Source: Octopus sinensis (Eukaryota). From it: 64,000 nucleotides of DNA. Location of the stretch: positions 52,266,001-52,330,000 of the forward strand of contig NC_043002.1 of NCBI RefSeq assembly GCF_006345805.1, given 5' to 3'. Numbering within the stretch: position 1 is the first letter of the stretch; each line of letters opens with the position of its first letter. Positions 37,790 to 52,860 of the stretch are shown here, in pieces. Made by a program: the position numbers and the translations under genes. The notes under the pieces were generated by a model that was not told where the DNA came from, did not search any database, and saw nothing but the letters and a program-made list of their open reading frames with translations.

Positions 37790-38400
37790 ACGCCACAGGC
37801 ACTGAGCTCTTTATTTGAATTATGGATGCCTTAGGTTTAGATAGGTACATCAAAATATCAGCGTCGGTCTACCGATTGCAGTGTTTACAAAATACTTTTC
37901 ATCATCATTGAAATGTATACTCAACCAGTTCAACAAGCAGCGATTATATTATCAACACATGTTTCTATATAGTTGCAAGAACATCTCAGTACTTTAAAAG
38001 TGCTAACTAGAGCTAAAAAATAGGATAAGAATTTCATTACTTTACATTGCTAAGTTCAAATCTCTTCATTACAAAGCGGTGATAGTTTGACGAGCTATTT
38101 TTGGGCAGTATCTTATTGCTTCTCAACTGTTTTAAAAATGGTCTGTTTCGACCGACTCTGAGTATGACTTTTGACAATAGAGTATTGTGTGTCAGAATAT
38201 GATGAATTCTAGCTCAGTGATTAGATTTTATTCTGAGCTACTCCAGTGTGATCCAAAAGTATTTTGTGATTAGCGTTTGAGACCAAACTCCCTACCAATC
38301 GTAATGACAAATCGTAATACTAACCGAGCTGGAATTTCCTTCCGGAATTTCCATTAATGTTTACATTATGAGCCGTCATCTTTTAGAATGCACTTACTAG
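37790..38400 (-). mobile_element. Very decayed RTE-like LINE fragment
   Basis: Weak remnants KY..GSH..NL.TELE and KSIL...DRR...DV.LSK in the expected RTE order. Confidence 0.35.
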
Positions 38401-39533
38401 GGGGCGAGGCTTTTTACTCATATAAATATAGGTACACACACGCTAATGGTAACTATAACCACATGAGACAATTACAGTACAGCTTCAGCTTGGATTTTCC
38501 GTTAATATTCATTTCCTGGATCTTCATTCTTTAGAACCGGTATGGGTAATCTCCTTCGAAAAGAGAGCCGATTGTGACCTGACTCATCATCAGGCGGGCC
38601 GCACTACTAAAAAAATTCAAGGTAATATTTCGTTAGGCGTTCCATTTAGAAACATCTGCGAGCCACATTTTACCTCAGACTGCTTTAGAAGATACTCACT
38701 TTGCTCTAAGCTACAAGTATAGCCACTCATAGCTCTAGTTATAACCATACATACATACATACATACATACATACATACATACATACATACATACATACAT
38801 ACATGCATACATATATACATACATACATACATACATACATACATAGAGAGTCAGTCATATATACATACATATACATACATTAATATATACATACGTATAT
38901 ATAGCAATGCCAGCAAATGAATCGATCGTTAATTTGATAATGCTCTTGTTTTTTACAGCTTTAATTTATTCAAACCTTGCTGTGTTTATATAACACAATG
39001 TAGACAAATGCATTTCGGATGTAGTGTCGCAGATTCAGAGGAGTCGCCATATTGCTGATAAGATACAAATTACTACTAAGTCAACTATCTCATATGAGAG
39101 GTAGAATAAATATATTTTTCACTTTCCTATGGCTCAGTCAGAAGGAGAAGGAACAGATAGTGACCATTCCATTGCATGTGAGACTGGTGGGAGAAAGAGA
39201 GGAAAAATCCACGATTCTTGACTTACTGCTATTAGTGAGCGGTACATTAATGTATCAACTTTTCTTCAGAGCGAAGATCTGATCCAAATGCTGGCAACAA
39301 AAGGCACCAATAAAGACAGCTAAACTAGCAGGCCGTTGATGTTAAACAGGGTGACCAATAAAGTTTATCACTACATTCATATATGATTTTATATACGTGT
39401 GCAAGCTTCGGACACCTGTTTGTACTGAGGTTAAAGTTACTCCTCTTTTAATATTGTTTTGGGAGCGGGGAGCAAAATATTTAGTCAATTACATCGCGGG
39501 TGAACCAAATTAGCTATTTGTTGCTCTTTTTAT

Positions 39534-39633
39534 NNNNNNNNNNNNNNNNNNNNNNNNNNNNNNNNNNNNNNNNNNNNNNNNNNNNNNNNNNNNNNNNNNN
39601 NNNNNNNNNNNNNNNNNNNNNNNNNNNNNNNNN
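39534..39633. other. Assembly gap (100 N)
   Basis: Run of exactly 100 N, typical of a scaffolding join of unknown size. Confidence 0.99.
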
Positions 39634-40379
39634 TCTTCTTCTTCTTCTCTTTTCCCTTTTCATTGTAAATCACTGTAACCTAATTTCTGAAAAAAAAATT
39701 ACAGGACTATTACTTCGACCATTTTATGTTTTTTTTAAAATTTATTTATAGTATTTTGTAAATAAAAATGAAGATTTCCTTTTAAATAAAGTTCGGAAAT
39801 GACCCATCACCTTTATCTACATCACATTATCCTCCCACCCCTCTAATCTTCATCATCATTACCCTCATCATCATCGTCGTCACCATTGTAGATAACAAAT
39901 ATCTTAATCTTAGTATGCATAACCTTTCATAAATTCAACTTTCAAGTTTCTTGTTTAAAGGTAGGTGTAATTGGTAAAAAAAGTATCGAATAAACGGGCT
40001 TCTCTGAGCATGCTTTAGATGTAAAAGAGTACTTGCCCTTGATAGTCATAGTGATGAAGGTTTTGTGGTGCTTCTTGAGTATCTTGAATAATTGTCGCCC
40101 ACTTCTGTTGAGGAGTATTATTGTGATTTTGCCGTTACTTGTTTTTCCTGCCTTTTTATGTTTACGTGACTTATGGAAAACTCTCACAAAGCTGCATCAT
40201 AGATTTTGTATTGTCCCCCTTTCCATTCAAGCGCTTGGGGTTAATATAAAAATCATCATCACCATCATCATCATCGTCGTCGTTGTCTCGTTGTTGTTAA
40301 CACCGTACCAGAAACACGTGTTCTAGAGATGTCCGTTTATCTATTTAGAAGCCATTTATTGCTATTTTTTTAATATTTA

Positions 40380-40683
40380 TGCGCCCTTTTCAAGCCTAGC
40401 CAAGGCTCATGGGCCTGGCTTTCCGGTTTCTATGGCGCATGTGTTCCCCCCAGATGGACGGGACGCCAGTCCATCGCAGCGTTACTCAAGAAGCAGAAAG
40501 AAAGAGTGAGAGAAAGTTGGGGCGAAAGAGTACAACAGGGGTCGTCACTACCCCCTGCCGCAGCCTCGTGGCACTTTAGGTGTTTGTGCTCAACAAACAC
40601 ACTCAACGCCCAGTCTGGGAATGGAAACCGTGATCCTCCGACCGCGAGTCCGCTGCCCTAACCACTGGCCATTGCGCCTCCAC
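40380..40683 (-). mobile_element. Family-D-related SINE (V-domain-like)
   Basis: Minus head gtggaggcgcaatggccagtggttagggcagcggactcgcgg; internal ctgcgatggactggcgtcccgtcc. Confidence 0.8.
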
Positions 40684-41109
40684 TTCTTGCTAATTGGTTG
40701 GTTTGTTCCGTTCATACTTACTCATTTAGGACTAAAATTTGAAACAGTCCTGGAAATATTTGTTTTGAAAAATATTGATTTAAAAGACGACGTCGCCTTC
40801 AGCAATCGGCCAACTGGATAGGGAGGCGAGAGGTGATTTTGAGAAAAGTGTGGAATCTAATGGGAATGCCCCTCCTCTCTCTGTCTATGGGTGTTACACA
40901 CACATCACCGATTTATATTTTACTTTTTATGTGGCGCTTATGCCTTCACCTTCAAAGCTCCCTTTCCCAAGGGATCTTTATTTAGTTTTTAACGTTGCAG
41001 TCTTCTCTCACTATATTTCTCTCACTATATCTCACCAACAATATTCAGCTAATTGCGAACAAAATTTTAAAATATAAGCAGCTCTGTCAATCTTCCTTAT
41101 GCTAACAAA

Positions 41110-41431
41110 GTGAAGGCATGTGACTTAGTGGTTAGGGGCATTCGGCTCATGATCGTAAGGTCGTGAGTTCAATTCCCGGCGGCGCGTTGTGTCCTTGAGC
41201 AAGACACTTTATTTCACGTTGCTCCAATCCACTCAGCTGGCAAAAATGTGTAGTACCTGTATTCCAAAGGGCCAGCCTTGTCACACTCTGTGTCACGCTG
41301 AGTCTCCCCGAGGACTACGTTAAGGGTACTCATGTTTGTGGAGTGCTCAGCCACTTGCACGTTAATTTCACGAGCAAGTTGTTCCGTTGATCGTATCGGC
41401 TGGGACCCACGTCGTCGCAGCCGACGGAGCG
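41110..41431 (+). mobile_element. Family-C SINE with TSD
   Basis: Same family as 25018. TSD ttccttatgctaacaaa / ttcctaatgctaacaaa. Confidence 0.85.
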
Positions 41432-41642
41432 TTCCTAATGCTAACAAATATTCTGAATAAATGACATGCATTTCCCTCTACAGTTGGACGATATCCAGAA
41501 AGCATATACGAAACCATCCATTCGATAATTATCAATTAAATATATACTTGATTTGTTGAATTTACAGTTATTGTTTAGCTCAAGGTCAGTACTAGTCAAA
41601 TAGATCTACCATCGAAGATGTTCCGTCTCACCTATCTTATTT

Positions 41643-41957
41643 GTTGTTGTTTTGTTAGTTCCTTCTCGAGCCACGCCTGGACCATAAGTGCCGGTTCCCG
41701 GTTCCTTGGCGCATAGGTTCCTCACCTGGACGGGTGGGACGCCGGTCCGTTGCAGGTGAGCTGCAAGATGCAGGAGGAAAGAGTGAGAGAAAGTTGTGTT
41801 GCGAAAGAGTCAGCAGAAGTTCGCATTAGCTTCTGCCGGAGCCGCGTGGAGCTTAGGTGTTTCGCTCTTAAACACACACATCGCCCGGTCTGAGATTTGA
41901 ACCCGCGATCCCTCGACCGCGTCCCGCTGCTCTAACCACTAGGTCATGAGCCTCCAC
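41643..41957 (-). mobile_element. Family-D SINE with TSD
   Basis: Close copy of 10764-11068. TSD acctatcttattt / acctattttattt. Confidence 0.85.
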
Positions 41958-42439
41958 ACCTATTTTATTTAGGTATTCCTTATTTAGGCTTGTATTATGC
42001 AATGCGACCTTCTTTTAAGATGGAAGAGTGTAATTTAATGGACAATGTAGAGGCTCCTTCATATGCTAGAAACAACAGCCAAGTCTCTCTCGAACCACAT
42101 CCTGCCGTATTATGGAATGCATTGGATAATGTGGTCCTGGATTACATGCACATAAGAAAAGTAGGAATGGTCACAGTTAAACTGCCTTTGATCATAGGCT
42201 TGCTTGAACATGGTTAACCTGCAGTTAAGCGACAACAACAACAAAAACTACTGAGCACTCTTGTGATCGAAGCCGTTTCACTCAGAGAATTTCATAATTT
42301 TTTTACTGACACAATCTCTCTAGGACTTATGCTTTCTTCCTTTTCTAAAACAACAGAGTGTAATTTGAAGAACAGTTGTTTGCTATTTCGAGCACGGTGA
42401 GCGGCTGTTTTGTAGTTCTCTTATTGGCTCGTAATAATT

Positions 42440-42605
42440 CTTATTTCTTTATTGCCCACAAGGGGCTAAGCATAGAGGGGACAAACAAGGACAGACAAAG
42501 GGATTAAGTCGATTACATCGATCCCAGTGCGTAACTGCTACTTAATTCGAAAGGATGAAAGGCAAAGTCGACCTCGGCAGAATTTGAACTCAGAACGTAA
42601 CGAAG
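42440..42605 (-). mobile_element. Family-A SINE fragment
   Basis: tttattgcccacaaggggctaa...aaaggatgaaaggcaaagtcgacctcggc. Confidence 0.8.
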
Positions 42606-42865
42606 CATTCTGAGTACATCTTGTTTTTAACATGCGCTCAATCCTGATTGAACTAACCTATGATCAAATACAATTCATATATGACCATCCAGTCTTTTTA
42701 TTTCGGGTTTCATTATCCACTGTGATTATCATTTTTTCTAAAGACTGTGCGATGTAATTTCAAAGGATCAATAGTAATTTCCGACATCCAACCAATCAAA
42801 AAATATATTATATAAAATGCAACGAAACCTAAAGCATTTGATCAATCTATCTATCTATCTATCTA

Positions 42866-42923
<58 letters not shown>

Positions 42924-42963
42924 CTATCTATCTGTCTGTCTATCTATCTATCTATCTATCTCT

Positions 42964-43004
<41 letters not shown>

Positions 43005-43061
43005 GCGTGGTGTTTTGTAAGTATATATACATACATATATATAGACACAAAAATAAACGCG

Positions 43062-43098
<37 letters not shown>

Positions 43099-43336
43099 TG
43101 TATATATACATACATATATACATATGTATGCATGCCATGAATGTATGTAAAAATACTACATTTCACAAGAAGCAAATTTTCATTGGAAACAAATCTCGGA
43201 TATACAACATCACGAATGTGTTTAACATTTTACACATTGCAAATTAAACAACAGAATAAGACGATTATGTAGTAGTAGTAGCCGTAATAGTTGTATTTAT
43301 AGCAGCAGTAGTAGTAGCAGAAGCAGCAGCAGTAGT

Positions 43337-43368
<32 letters not shown>

Positions 43369-43374
43369 CAATAA

Positions 43375-43409
<35 letters not shown>

Positions 43410-43591
43410 CAGTAGCTCTAATAGTCGTATTAATAGTAGAAGTTGTAATAGTAGTGGAAGTCGATTTAGATATCATTTTCGATAAAGTTATTAAAATAAG
43501 TTTTGCTAGCTTTCTATAAGCTTCGGCTAAAGATTATTGCTGGTATTATCATAATTATTGCTATTTTTGTTATGGATATATATAATATAGA

Positions 43592-43631
<40 letters not shown>

Positions 43632-43803
43632 TATATATATATATTATGTGCATATATATATATTATTATATGTATAATAATAATATTAGGGAGTACAACA
43701 CCAAACTTACTGAGAAAAATTCAATTTAGTATTAAATCAAATTTCACAATATAATGTATAAAATACAAATTAGAGAAATAAGTATATATACATACATACA
43801 CAG

Positions 43804-43841
<38 letters not shown>

Positions 43842-44027
43842 TATATGATATATACATATATATGTATACATATTATATATATGCATATATTATATATATA
43901 TATTATATATATATATATATGATATATACATATATATGTATACATATATTATATGTATGCATATATTATATATATATTTATATATATATTATATATACAC
44001 ACATATGCATATATATATATACATATG

Positions 44028-44065
<38 letters not shown>

Positions 44066-44321
44066 CACAGAGTTAGAGTTAATAAACCATCTAAGGGATG
44101 TTAAATATCCAATATACTACTGGATGTGTACCTACGTATTTTTAGCCAAGTGGTGGGGGTAAATTGGAAAGTTAGCCAGGATTTAGAAGGCAAATAACAA
44201 AATGGAGGGGAAATAAAATCAACAAAACATCAGTCAGTAAACATTCCATTATATCTATTTATTAAATTGTAACAAATAAGTGGTACTGGTAAACGAATGA
44301 GATCAGCCAATAAGTACATAC

Positions 44322-44357
<36 letters not shown>

Positions 44358-44403
44358 ATTATATATATATATATATATAATATATGATTAGGCAACTCAA
44401 GCA

Positions 44404-44452
<49 letters not shown>

Positions 44453-44712
44453 TATATGAGAGAGAGACCCTCTTCGGTCATGAATGGTTATGGGATTGCA
44501 CCCAAAGTTACCCTCGATGGCACAATTCCGGGCAAGGTATTTGTGGAAGGTCAGCAGTCGCCCATGCATACCACCCTCCCCTCTCCACACCACTGATGTG
44601 GCAACTCATTTAACAGCTGAGTTAACTGGAGCAACGTGAAATAAAGCGGCTTGCAGCCCGGTCGGGAATTGAACACACAACCTCACGATCTTAACCACTG
44701 AGCCATGCGCCT

Positions 44713-44772
<60 letters not shown>

Positions 44773-45995
44773 TAGAGAGAGAGATGAATGAATAATGATA
44801 GATGAGTGTGCAGATACAAATCACTTACCACGAGTCCTCCAATCTTCCAAGCCATCCTCATCACGCCGTACATTGGACAGAGATTGGGTAATGGTTGAGC
44901 CTCAAGGCTTCTTAAGAAAGTACAAATGTTAGGAAACTGAATTTGATTATAGCTCTTCCTCTCAGTCGGAGTTAACTGAGGCCTAAACAATAGCAATAAT
45001 AATTATAGACCGATACATATGTCTTCACAAGTAATCTGATGTCCTGTCCTAATTGAGCAGCTTACCTTTTACGTATGACCAAATGCGTTCCGATCATGAC
45101 GTCCCGTCTGTTTTTGTTCTGGATGCCGATGAGTTCATTTCTAGCAGATTAATCATGAACCTAGAGGTTTCTTTTTCGGTTCGGGAAAATGTATTATTGT
45201 GTTAATATACATTTTGAAAAAGCTATAGATTAAGATTCAAGCGTGTTTAACATTCAAAATGTACATGCAAAGGTTGAACGTCTTCTAGCTGTCTCAGAGA
45301 AACATCTCAGAGAGACTTATATGCTAAAACACAGGGCTTTGTTCAGAACGCTGGTGAATAACCAGACCCGTGCTCTGACTTGATTTAGTCTCCTTAGTGA
45401 CAAATGCTTAGTGACATTCTGAGCTAAGCCAAAAATGTATTATTGTGTATATCAGACATGGGAAAACGTTTTCCGACTGTGGACTTAATCAGATATTGCT
45501 CTTCATAAACTGAGTTATACTACTAAATTTAAGAAGCATCGTAAGTAATTCAGAAAAACACCATATAGTTATATTATGCGAAGCACAATTATTTCGAGAG
45601 AAAGCAGGAGTGAATGGAAAAAAAAGAAAGATGGAAAGTGAGACAGAAAGGAAGAGAGAGAGAAAGGGTGAAAGAGAGAGAGAGAGAGAGAGAGAGAGAT
45701 GGTGAGAGAGAGAGAGAGGGGGAGAGAGAGGAGAATAAAGAGAAATTAAATTGTTCAAATTAACAGAATTTGTCCTGAAACTTAGAAATTTTTGAAACTT
45801 TTTGTGAAAATTTGTCATACTCTTACTTGTTTTCTTGGAAGTGTTTAGTCAATCAAATCGACGTCATTCCTTATCTATAAGTCTAGTACTTATTCTATCG
45901 TTCTTGTTTGCCGAACCACATTACATGGATGCGAATAAAGCAGTACCGATTACCGATGTCCAAACATTGATAAAGAAAGACACACACGCCCTCCC

Positions 45996-46035
<40 letters not shown>

Positions 46036-46160
46036 CATACATATATATAATATATATATATAATATATATATTATATAATATATGTGTGTGTGGTGTGTC
46101 TGTGTGTGTGTTAAGTGTGTGGGTTATAAATATACATACATATATATTTATGTATGTGTA

Positions 46161-46192
<32 letters not shown>

Positions 46193-47328
46193 CCTTTATC
46201 TATATCTTTATCTATCTATCTATCTATACATATGGATATCCATCCATGATTGGTTTCCACACAGTTTCCGCCAACCAAATTCACTCATAAAGCATTAGTG
46301 TTCAGTCTCACAGTGTGTGTAATTGAACCTGGAACCGCTTAGTTGCAAAGCGAACTTCTTAACCACGGCCTTATTTATATGAATATGTTGTAACATGTGG
46401 CAAAAACTGTAATATACTGAAAAGTTAATGCTGGCTACATATTTTGTTTTGTATTCATTCATACAATATATCTATTGTTATTAAGAAAAGTTGAGTTCTA
46501 TAGTATAGTAGCATACGGTCACAGTTAATATCTTGAAGAAACTGATAGATAAATTAATTTATGAATGTCAGACGAATTACAAACAGAGCTAATTATGGTG
46601 ATATTTCAATTTAGTATTAAATATTGCTACAAAATGTTTAACTAAAATGTTAGGGCTTGGATCAATTTTGCCTTTCATTCTCTTAGGTTCAATAAAATAA
46701 AAGTATGGAGCCGATGTCATTGTCCATACCTTTCCTCTGAAAACTACTTGTCTTCTGTCTAATGAAAAAAACAGGTATATAAGTGAAATCGTTTCGTCAC
46801 TTTAGATTTTGAGTTAAAATTACGGCAGTATAGCCTTGCCTTTCGTCCTTCCGGATTCCACCAGTCATAGCAATCAAGAATTAGGGTCGATTTAATCGAC
46901 TAGATCCTTTTTCTAATAATTTGTGTGCTTATGTTTATGTTAGAAATTATAATATAAGAAAACTCTAAACAAATTACCGTTTGAATATTGATTTGTATTT
47001 GAATGGATCTGGGTTTGTAAGCATCTGACTATAAGTCTGTAGCTGTGATTATGTGTAGTAGATTTTGTACTCGCTGCAGCATTTTGTTAGCAAATTGCTT
47101 CTCTTAGTTTTAGGCCGAGCTGCTTTGAGTTGTTACAATGATGACCTGAACTGGAATGCAATTCTTTACTGGATATCGCGACGATCTTTTCCTCTTTAGA
47201 CGAACAATCATATTGGACTTCATGGCGCAGAGCTTTATTCATAGCTTTTCTCTCTATCCTTCCTCTCTCCCGCCTTTCACACACACATACATATACCTAC
47301 ATAGTGGGGGAAAGGGAGGGAGAGAGAG

Positions 47329-47369
<41 letters not shown>

Positions 47370-47564
47370 ATAATACAGCTTGAGAGTAGGAATACTGTTT
47401 AGCCAGTTAATTGGCGAGGGAACGTCTATGTGATACCATATCTGGTAGAAATAACTGTCAATTCTCTCTTATATCACATAATCTTATTTTTAACAAGGAA
47501 GGACACATCGGCCAATGCAGTCATATAGATATATAAAGTGGAATTCATCGAAAAGTGTCTGTTA

Positions 47565-47605
<41 letters not shown>

Positions 47606-47755
47606 CATACCTGTACTTATGTATGTGTGTATGCATGTATGTATGTATGTATGTATGTATGTATGTATGTATGTATCTATCTATCTATCTATCTATCAAT
47701 CTATCTATTTATCTATCTATCTACATACCTGTACTTATGTATGTGTGTATGCATG

Positions 47756-47809
<54 letters not shown>

Positions 47810-48462
47810 CCCATCCTTATCTATCTGTCTGTCTGTCTGTCTTTGTGTCTAAACTGCACATTATAACTGTACTTATTATTTTTGTTGTTTAGCTCTAAGT
47901 CAGCACTCACCCAACAAACCAAATAAAATCTTTCATGGATTTTTTGTTCCGGCAGAGTGTACCTTGGACATCCGTATGCAGCCTGACAGTTTCTTTACGA
48001 TTGTAAAGAGCAATTTCAAAGTAATATGGCTGCTTATTCTCATAAATCGAGGGATAACGTCGAAGCTTTCTCGTTGGCTTTTATCACTGCAAGAGTGCGT
48101 TTGAAAAAAAATTACCATTCATTTGATAACTTGGGTCAGAATTGTGTGTCTTACCGGGTCGTGTGTTTTATATGAGAAAAAATCCCTAAAGTCTTGCTTT
48201 TTGACGATGAGCATCCAGTTTTTGGTACCTTTAACGTAATTCTCACTCAAATCCTTTGAATAACAAGCACGATACTCCAGCATGGCCGCCGCCCAATGAC
48301 TGTAACAAGTAATAGATAAGAACTAATCTACCTTCAGATAATGTACATGACTCCATAATATAGACACAATGTACTTGAGCTTATGTAAACAATATAAATA
48401 CTTTCTACATATATTTTTCATTAGCAAATATTTGAATCTTTCGTTGTTTTGTATTTATACAG

Positions 48463-48597
48463 GCGCCTTTCTTATCCCATATATCATTATGTTGGTGTTT
48501 GGCGGCTTACCATTATTCTACATGGAACTGGCACTGGGCCAGTATCAGCGTTGCGGTTGCTTTACAGTCTGGAATAGAATATGTCCAATGTTCAAAG
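48463..48597 (+). CDS. SLC6A4: SLC6 monoamine transporter, serotonin-transporter-like, internal coding exon (TM2-IL1)
   Basis: Pyrimidine-rich acceptor ...tttatacAG|gcgcc and donor aaag|GTtggt. 135 bp, phase 1/1. Translates (G)[44 protein letters not shown](G). [14 protein letters not shown] is the SLC6 TM2 signature; RCGC..W.RICP resembles SERT (human RNGCISIWRKICP, fly RCGCLSIWKRICP, from memory) rather than DAT/NET. Confidence 0.93.
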
Positions 48598-49884
48598 GTT
48601 GGTGAAAATATATTTTACTTCAATAATTATTTATTTGTTTTTAATGCATTATACATGGGATATACCTAAGCTGAATTGATCCATTTCTGGTATTCTATAT
48701 AATGGGGTAGCTGCAGTCAGTGTAGTGATAGTCACAACATTATCTGCAGGTACCGCATGGCTGACAACTAGACGATGGATCTGACAATTGCACCCTTTCA
48801 CCGATCTTGTTGTTTTGCCATGGTCAACATAATTAACTTAGGTAATATTATGGAATAGAGTCTAAAATTAACTGATGTACAAAAGCTTTAGTATCTTGAC
48901 TGTATGTTTTAAGCATCGTTAATTAGGGTTATGCAAAGAAAAAAAGAATAATTGAGGGTAAAAAACTCCGCTGCCCCTTCTACTAGTAATTTTTTTACTT
49001 TTGACATTTCGTTTTTTAACATAAGATTATTATTGTTATAATTAAGATAAATCTAAATTTAATTTCTTTTCATTTTTTTATTTTCTCCTTCATTTTCATT
49101 ACTACATTTTTGTATATTTTTTCCTTTTTCTGTATTTTTATTCTTTACAAATTTACTATTTTTTTTTAATATTGGAGATTACTATGAAATAAATAGGAAC
49201 AAACTGAATTTGCGAAAATTTTATTTTTTATATAATCGTAATTTGCTATGTATAAATAAATGTAAATTCGAAAAACTGTTTTCGCAAATGTGAAAACTGA
49301 AAAGATTACAAAAAGGAAGCGTATAAAAATAAAATAAAAAACAAGATTAAAATTTAAATTAGAATTTTTTTTTTAATGGTAGACGCTTCATCTCAGATGT
49401 TTAAAACATATATGGGAAAAAGATTTCAAAGGAAAACGAGGGCAAAACTGTAAAAAGGAGGGAATAATCCTTCTTCCTTTTATGTTTTTGCGAACAAAAA
49501 TATTTTTAATTTGAAAAACTTATATTAAGTTCTGTTCTTCCAATGAGCTTGACAAAAACAGAAGCACAAAGAACGCAACCTTACTCTCGATTGCATTACT
49601 CTAAGTAGGAATTCATTTGAGAATAATACATTAGCTGAATGTAAATGTACATTTGCTGAGAGGAGAACATGGGGAACCAAACCTAAATTCTATAATATTT
49701 ACTTTCTCAAAAGTAGCATATCCGAAGCTTTATATAGAAATTTGTAATAATAAAATTAATTGAAAGCTTCAAGAATAGCATAGACATATACTTGAATACT
49801 GTTTTTTTTTTTCTGACTAAGAATAACGGCTCACTGTTTTTAAAAGATTGGAAATGAAAGTTTTGGACATGTATAACATTTCTA

Positions 49885-50215
49885 AGGGTCTCGGAGACCC
49901 CCTTCAGTCACGAATGACCATGGGATTGCACCTAGAAAGTTACCCTCCTAGGCACAAGTCCGGGCAAAGTTGTTTATGGAACATGCATACCAGCATCTCC
50001 TCTCCATGCCGCCAATCTTATCCAAGGGAAAGGCAAAGACCGATACAGCTTGGTACCTGTGACGTCGCAAATCATTTCTACAGCTGAGTCAACTGGAGCA
50101 ACGTGAAATAAAGTGTCTTGCTCAAGAACACATCATGCAGCCCGGTCCGGAATTCGAACTCACAATCTCACGGTCGTAAGATCGACGCTCTAACCACTGA
50201 GCCATGCGCCTTCAC
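49885..50215 (-). mobile_element. Family-C-headed SINE with a different 3' tail (related copy at 44465-44716)
   Basis: Minus head gtgaaggcgcatggctcagtggttagagcg..gagttcgaattcc. Tail region atgggattgcac..aaagttaccctc is shared with 44465-44560. Confidence 0.8.
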
Positions 50216-50677
50216 TTTCTAAAAGGTATTATTGATATAAATAGGAAATAGAATTACTTCAGGTGGAAATCAAATCGTATCCTAGAGGCGGCATATGGGA
50301 ACACTTTCTTTTGCTTTACTATGCATGCAACTAAGTTTAAAAGTACTGGAAACATTTCAATCTCTATATAAAATTACATTGCACTGAACAATATGACACT
50401 ACAATACACTTTTAGATAAATACGCTTAATGCCTAACGCAGGAAGCTAAACCGCTTACGTTTGTTGACTTCACAGTATTGTAATTATAAAACACTAAAGA
50501 AAAGAAACCTATAGCATCATCAGATTGATGAAGAGATGAACTCTCAGCAAGCCAGACCGCAGCACCGTTTCACTAAACAGTTAAATTCAATTCGTTTACA
50601 ATCTTAACACTCCTAGGAAAGGTAATAAGGTCACACTTCCTCTCTCTCTCTATTTAGCGTCTATATTCTTGTAATCT

Positions 50678-50721
<44 letters not shown>

Positions 50722-51249
50722 ATAGGCTGAAGGTAATTATTTTTTCTTGAGTTGAGAGACATAATCAACAGAATCTGCGTTAGCATATATTTATATTTTT
50801 CATCGACTTCCTCGAGGAAGGGAAAGCAAATCAACCTGGCTTGATGTGACTTAAAACAGAGGAGAAAAAAATGAAAATCCCAAAACTTGTGTTGCCACCT
50901 TAGCCATTCTACCAACACGTGGTCTTTACAACCTGTTTATAAGGAAACACTAACAATGTATGAGGCATGAGAATCAACAGACATTTTCTCACTGAGTTAT
51001 TATGACTCCTAACTATGGATAGATACAATGTCTCTTTTGAATATAGAAACACTAAATTTAGTGACTATAACTGGATACGAACTTTGAGTGTGATCAGTTT
51101 TCTGAAAATTTAATACTTCTCAACCAGTTCAATCTAAAAATTCGAATCATGAAAAAAAAAAAGACCTTTGTGCTAGCAAGTTTCCGTTAACGACTAGAGG
51201 ATCATTTCAGTTAGTTTTTGACCACTTTGCTCGCGATCCATTTCCAGCT

Positions 51250-52860
51250 TCTATCCAGCTAGCAATCCAATCAGAACCAGAACACCTTAACCGGCCCTCG
51301 GTCCAGCGACAGAAATCTACGTTAGCTACTGTAGAAGTTGCTTCTCTAGGTACCAAAGTTGCAACAACACTGACTTGTGTTGGTTAATGTGTGCTCCTCT
51401 ACATTTTTTGTACTCAATTTCCATCGTCGGTAGCAATAGCTCCAAAACCAAAATATACAAGATAGAGAAGAGGTCGAGATGGCATTCTGGATCGACCGAG
51501 AGTTCGATGCTAAACGGTCCCGCAAGGTAATCATTTAGTTTGACAATCAAAGAAATACCGTCTCTGAAGACGGGACCGAAATCGACTCTTTTTGGAACAT
51601 CTGCCAAACAGCAATGGTTCACTATGTAGGAAACTTTAGATTGATCTAACTTGAACAACATGCTACCAAGCCCGAATCTAGTCTCAACCCGCTATCTGGT
51701 GTATTGCACGAAATGAAAGTTACCATGTACAGATCTGCCGAGGATTGATTTGGCCTGCATTTCTGCGATGACACTAGCTCTGAATAGATCTGCCGTTGAT
51801 TGCACAAGTCTGCACTACTGTAATTATATTACCAACGACAAACACCAGCCTCTTGGCAAGCACTTTTGCCAAAATCTTTAATACAGTGTTGAACACAGAC
51901 AGTAATGGATTTGAAGTTTTCTAGCACCTCAACTTTTCCGGGTCCTTTACCAGCAGTGTAACTACTTCCAAGCTTATTCGACTGCTCCCAGTCTCCTACC
52001 AGCAGCAGCAAACGGCTGTCTAAACAAGCGCAATAAAGTATGGTATACGGGTATAGAAACTATAGGCTTGACCATCCAATTCTCAGTGATTTCCTTCTCG
52101 CACGGCTACTCAGCACGACTGTCTCTTAGTTACTGAATTCGGCTTTTTGTACCGACCTCTGCCGTCATGTACGAGAATCGCAATAATCCATCGAGCTAGC
52201 CATCAGAATGCTGTGTCGTCAGTAGTCACTCATGGGGAACAGTTCGGCAAATTCCACACACATCTGTTTTTATAGGAAAGTATATGACAGAAGCAATTCG
52301 TTAAGTCCGAATTAGGGCTTTGCTTCCACGCTGCACCTCCGTCATCCTTGTCAACGAACAGCTTTCTTACCGTCATTTTTCAGTATACCCAGTGCAAGTG
52401 TCATTTTCGCCACTAGTACACCGTCTGCGATGCTTCTTTTCTATTCCTATTCTAAGCGATTGTCCTCTGCAGCTACCTCGTTGCTAAGGCATACAGATTG
52501 CTTCTCTAATTTTTGCTTGTAGCAAAACCCATCACCTATTATTGATGATGGACCCCGTCAATTCCCGTTTATCTAATTCGATAATCTTCTCCCTAAAATC
52601 CTTTCGCTTTTGAAAGGATGTCTTAATCTCCGAATAATCACACCCCTTCTGAAAGTCGATCCGAAACTAATCGAAACTGTCACCGACTAAGCTTACTGCT
52701 GCTATCCCGGCAAAAACTCTAAGGACGACCGAGATTACTCTTTGTGGTTTGACAAGGTCCACTTTAGCGCATTAGGGAAATCTAGGCGAAATCTGTCTGA
52801 GCGTTGGGAGTCCTGAACAGGTTTACGAATCTTTTGCCCATGTAGGACTCAAGGTGATTT
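51250..52860 (-). mobile_element. Old Tx1-clade LINE ORF2 remnant (endonuclease end plus RT)
   Basis: KLDQSK....NH...DFGPVFR..IVKLN..PFSI..SV...C.L....LYILVLE (RT domains 3-4) and ENFKSIT...KDFGK (domain 1). Confidence 0.75.

Noticed and set aside
38545-38600. Minus-strand cctgatgatgagtc..ggctc
   Set aside because: No GAAA box directly after the stem.
51555-51595. ctgaagacgggaccgaaatcgactc resembling a hammerhead
   Set aside because: No credible stem I and an impossible stem II loop; lies in Tx1 RT coding remnant.
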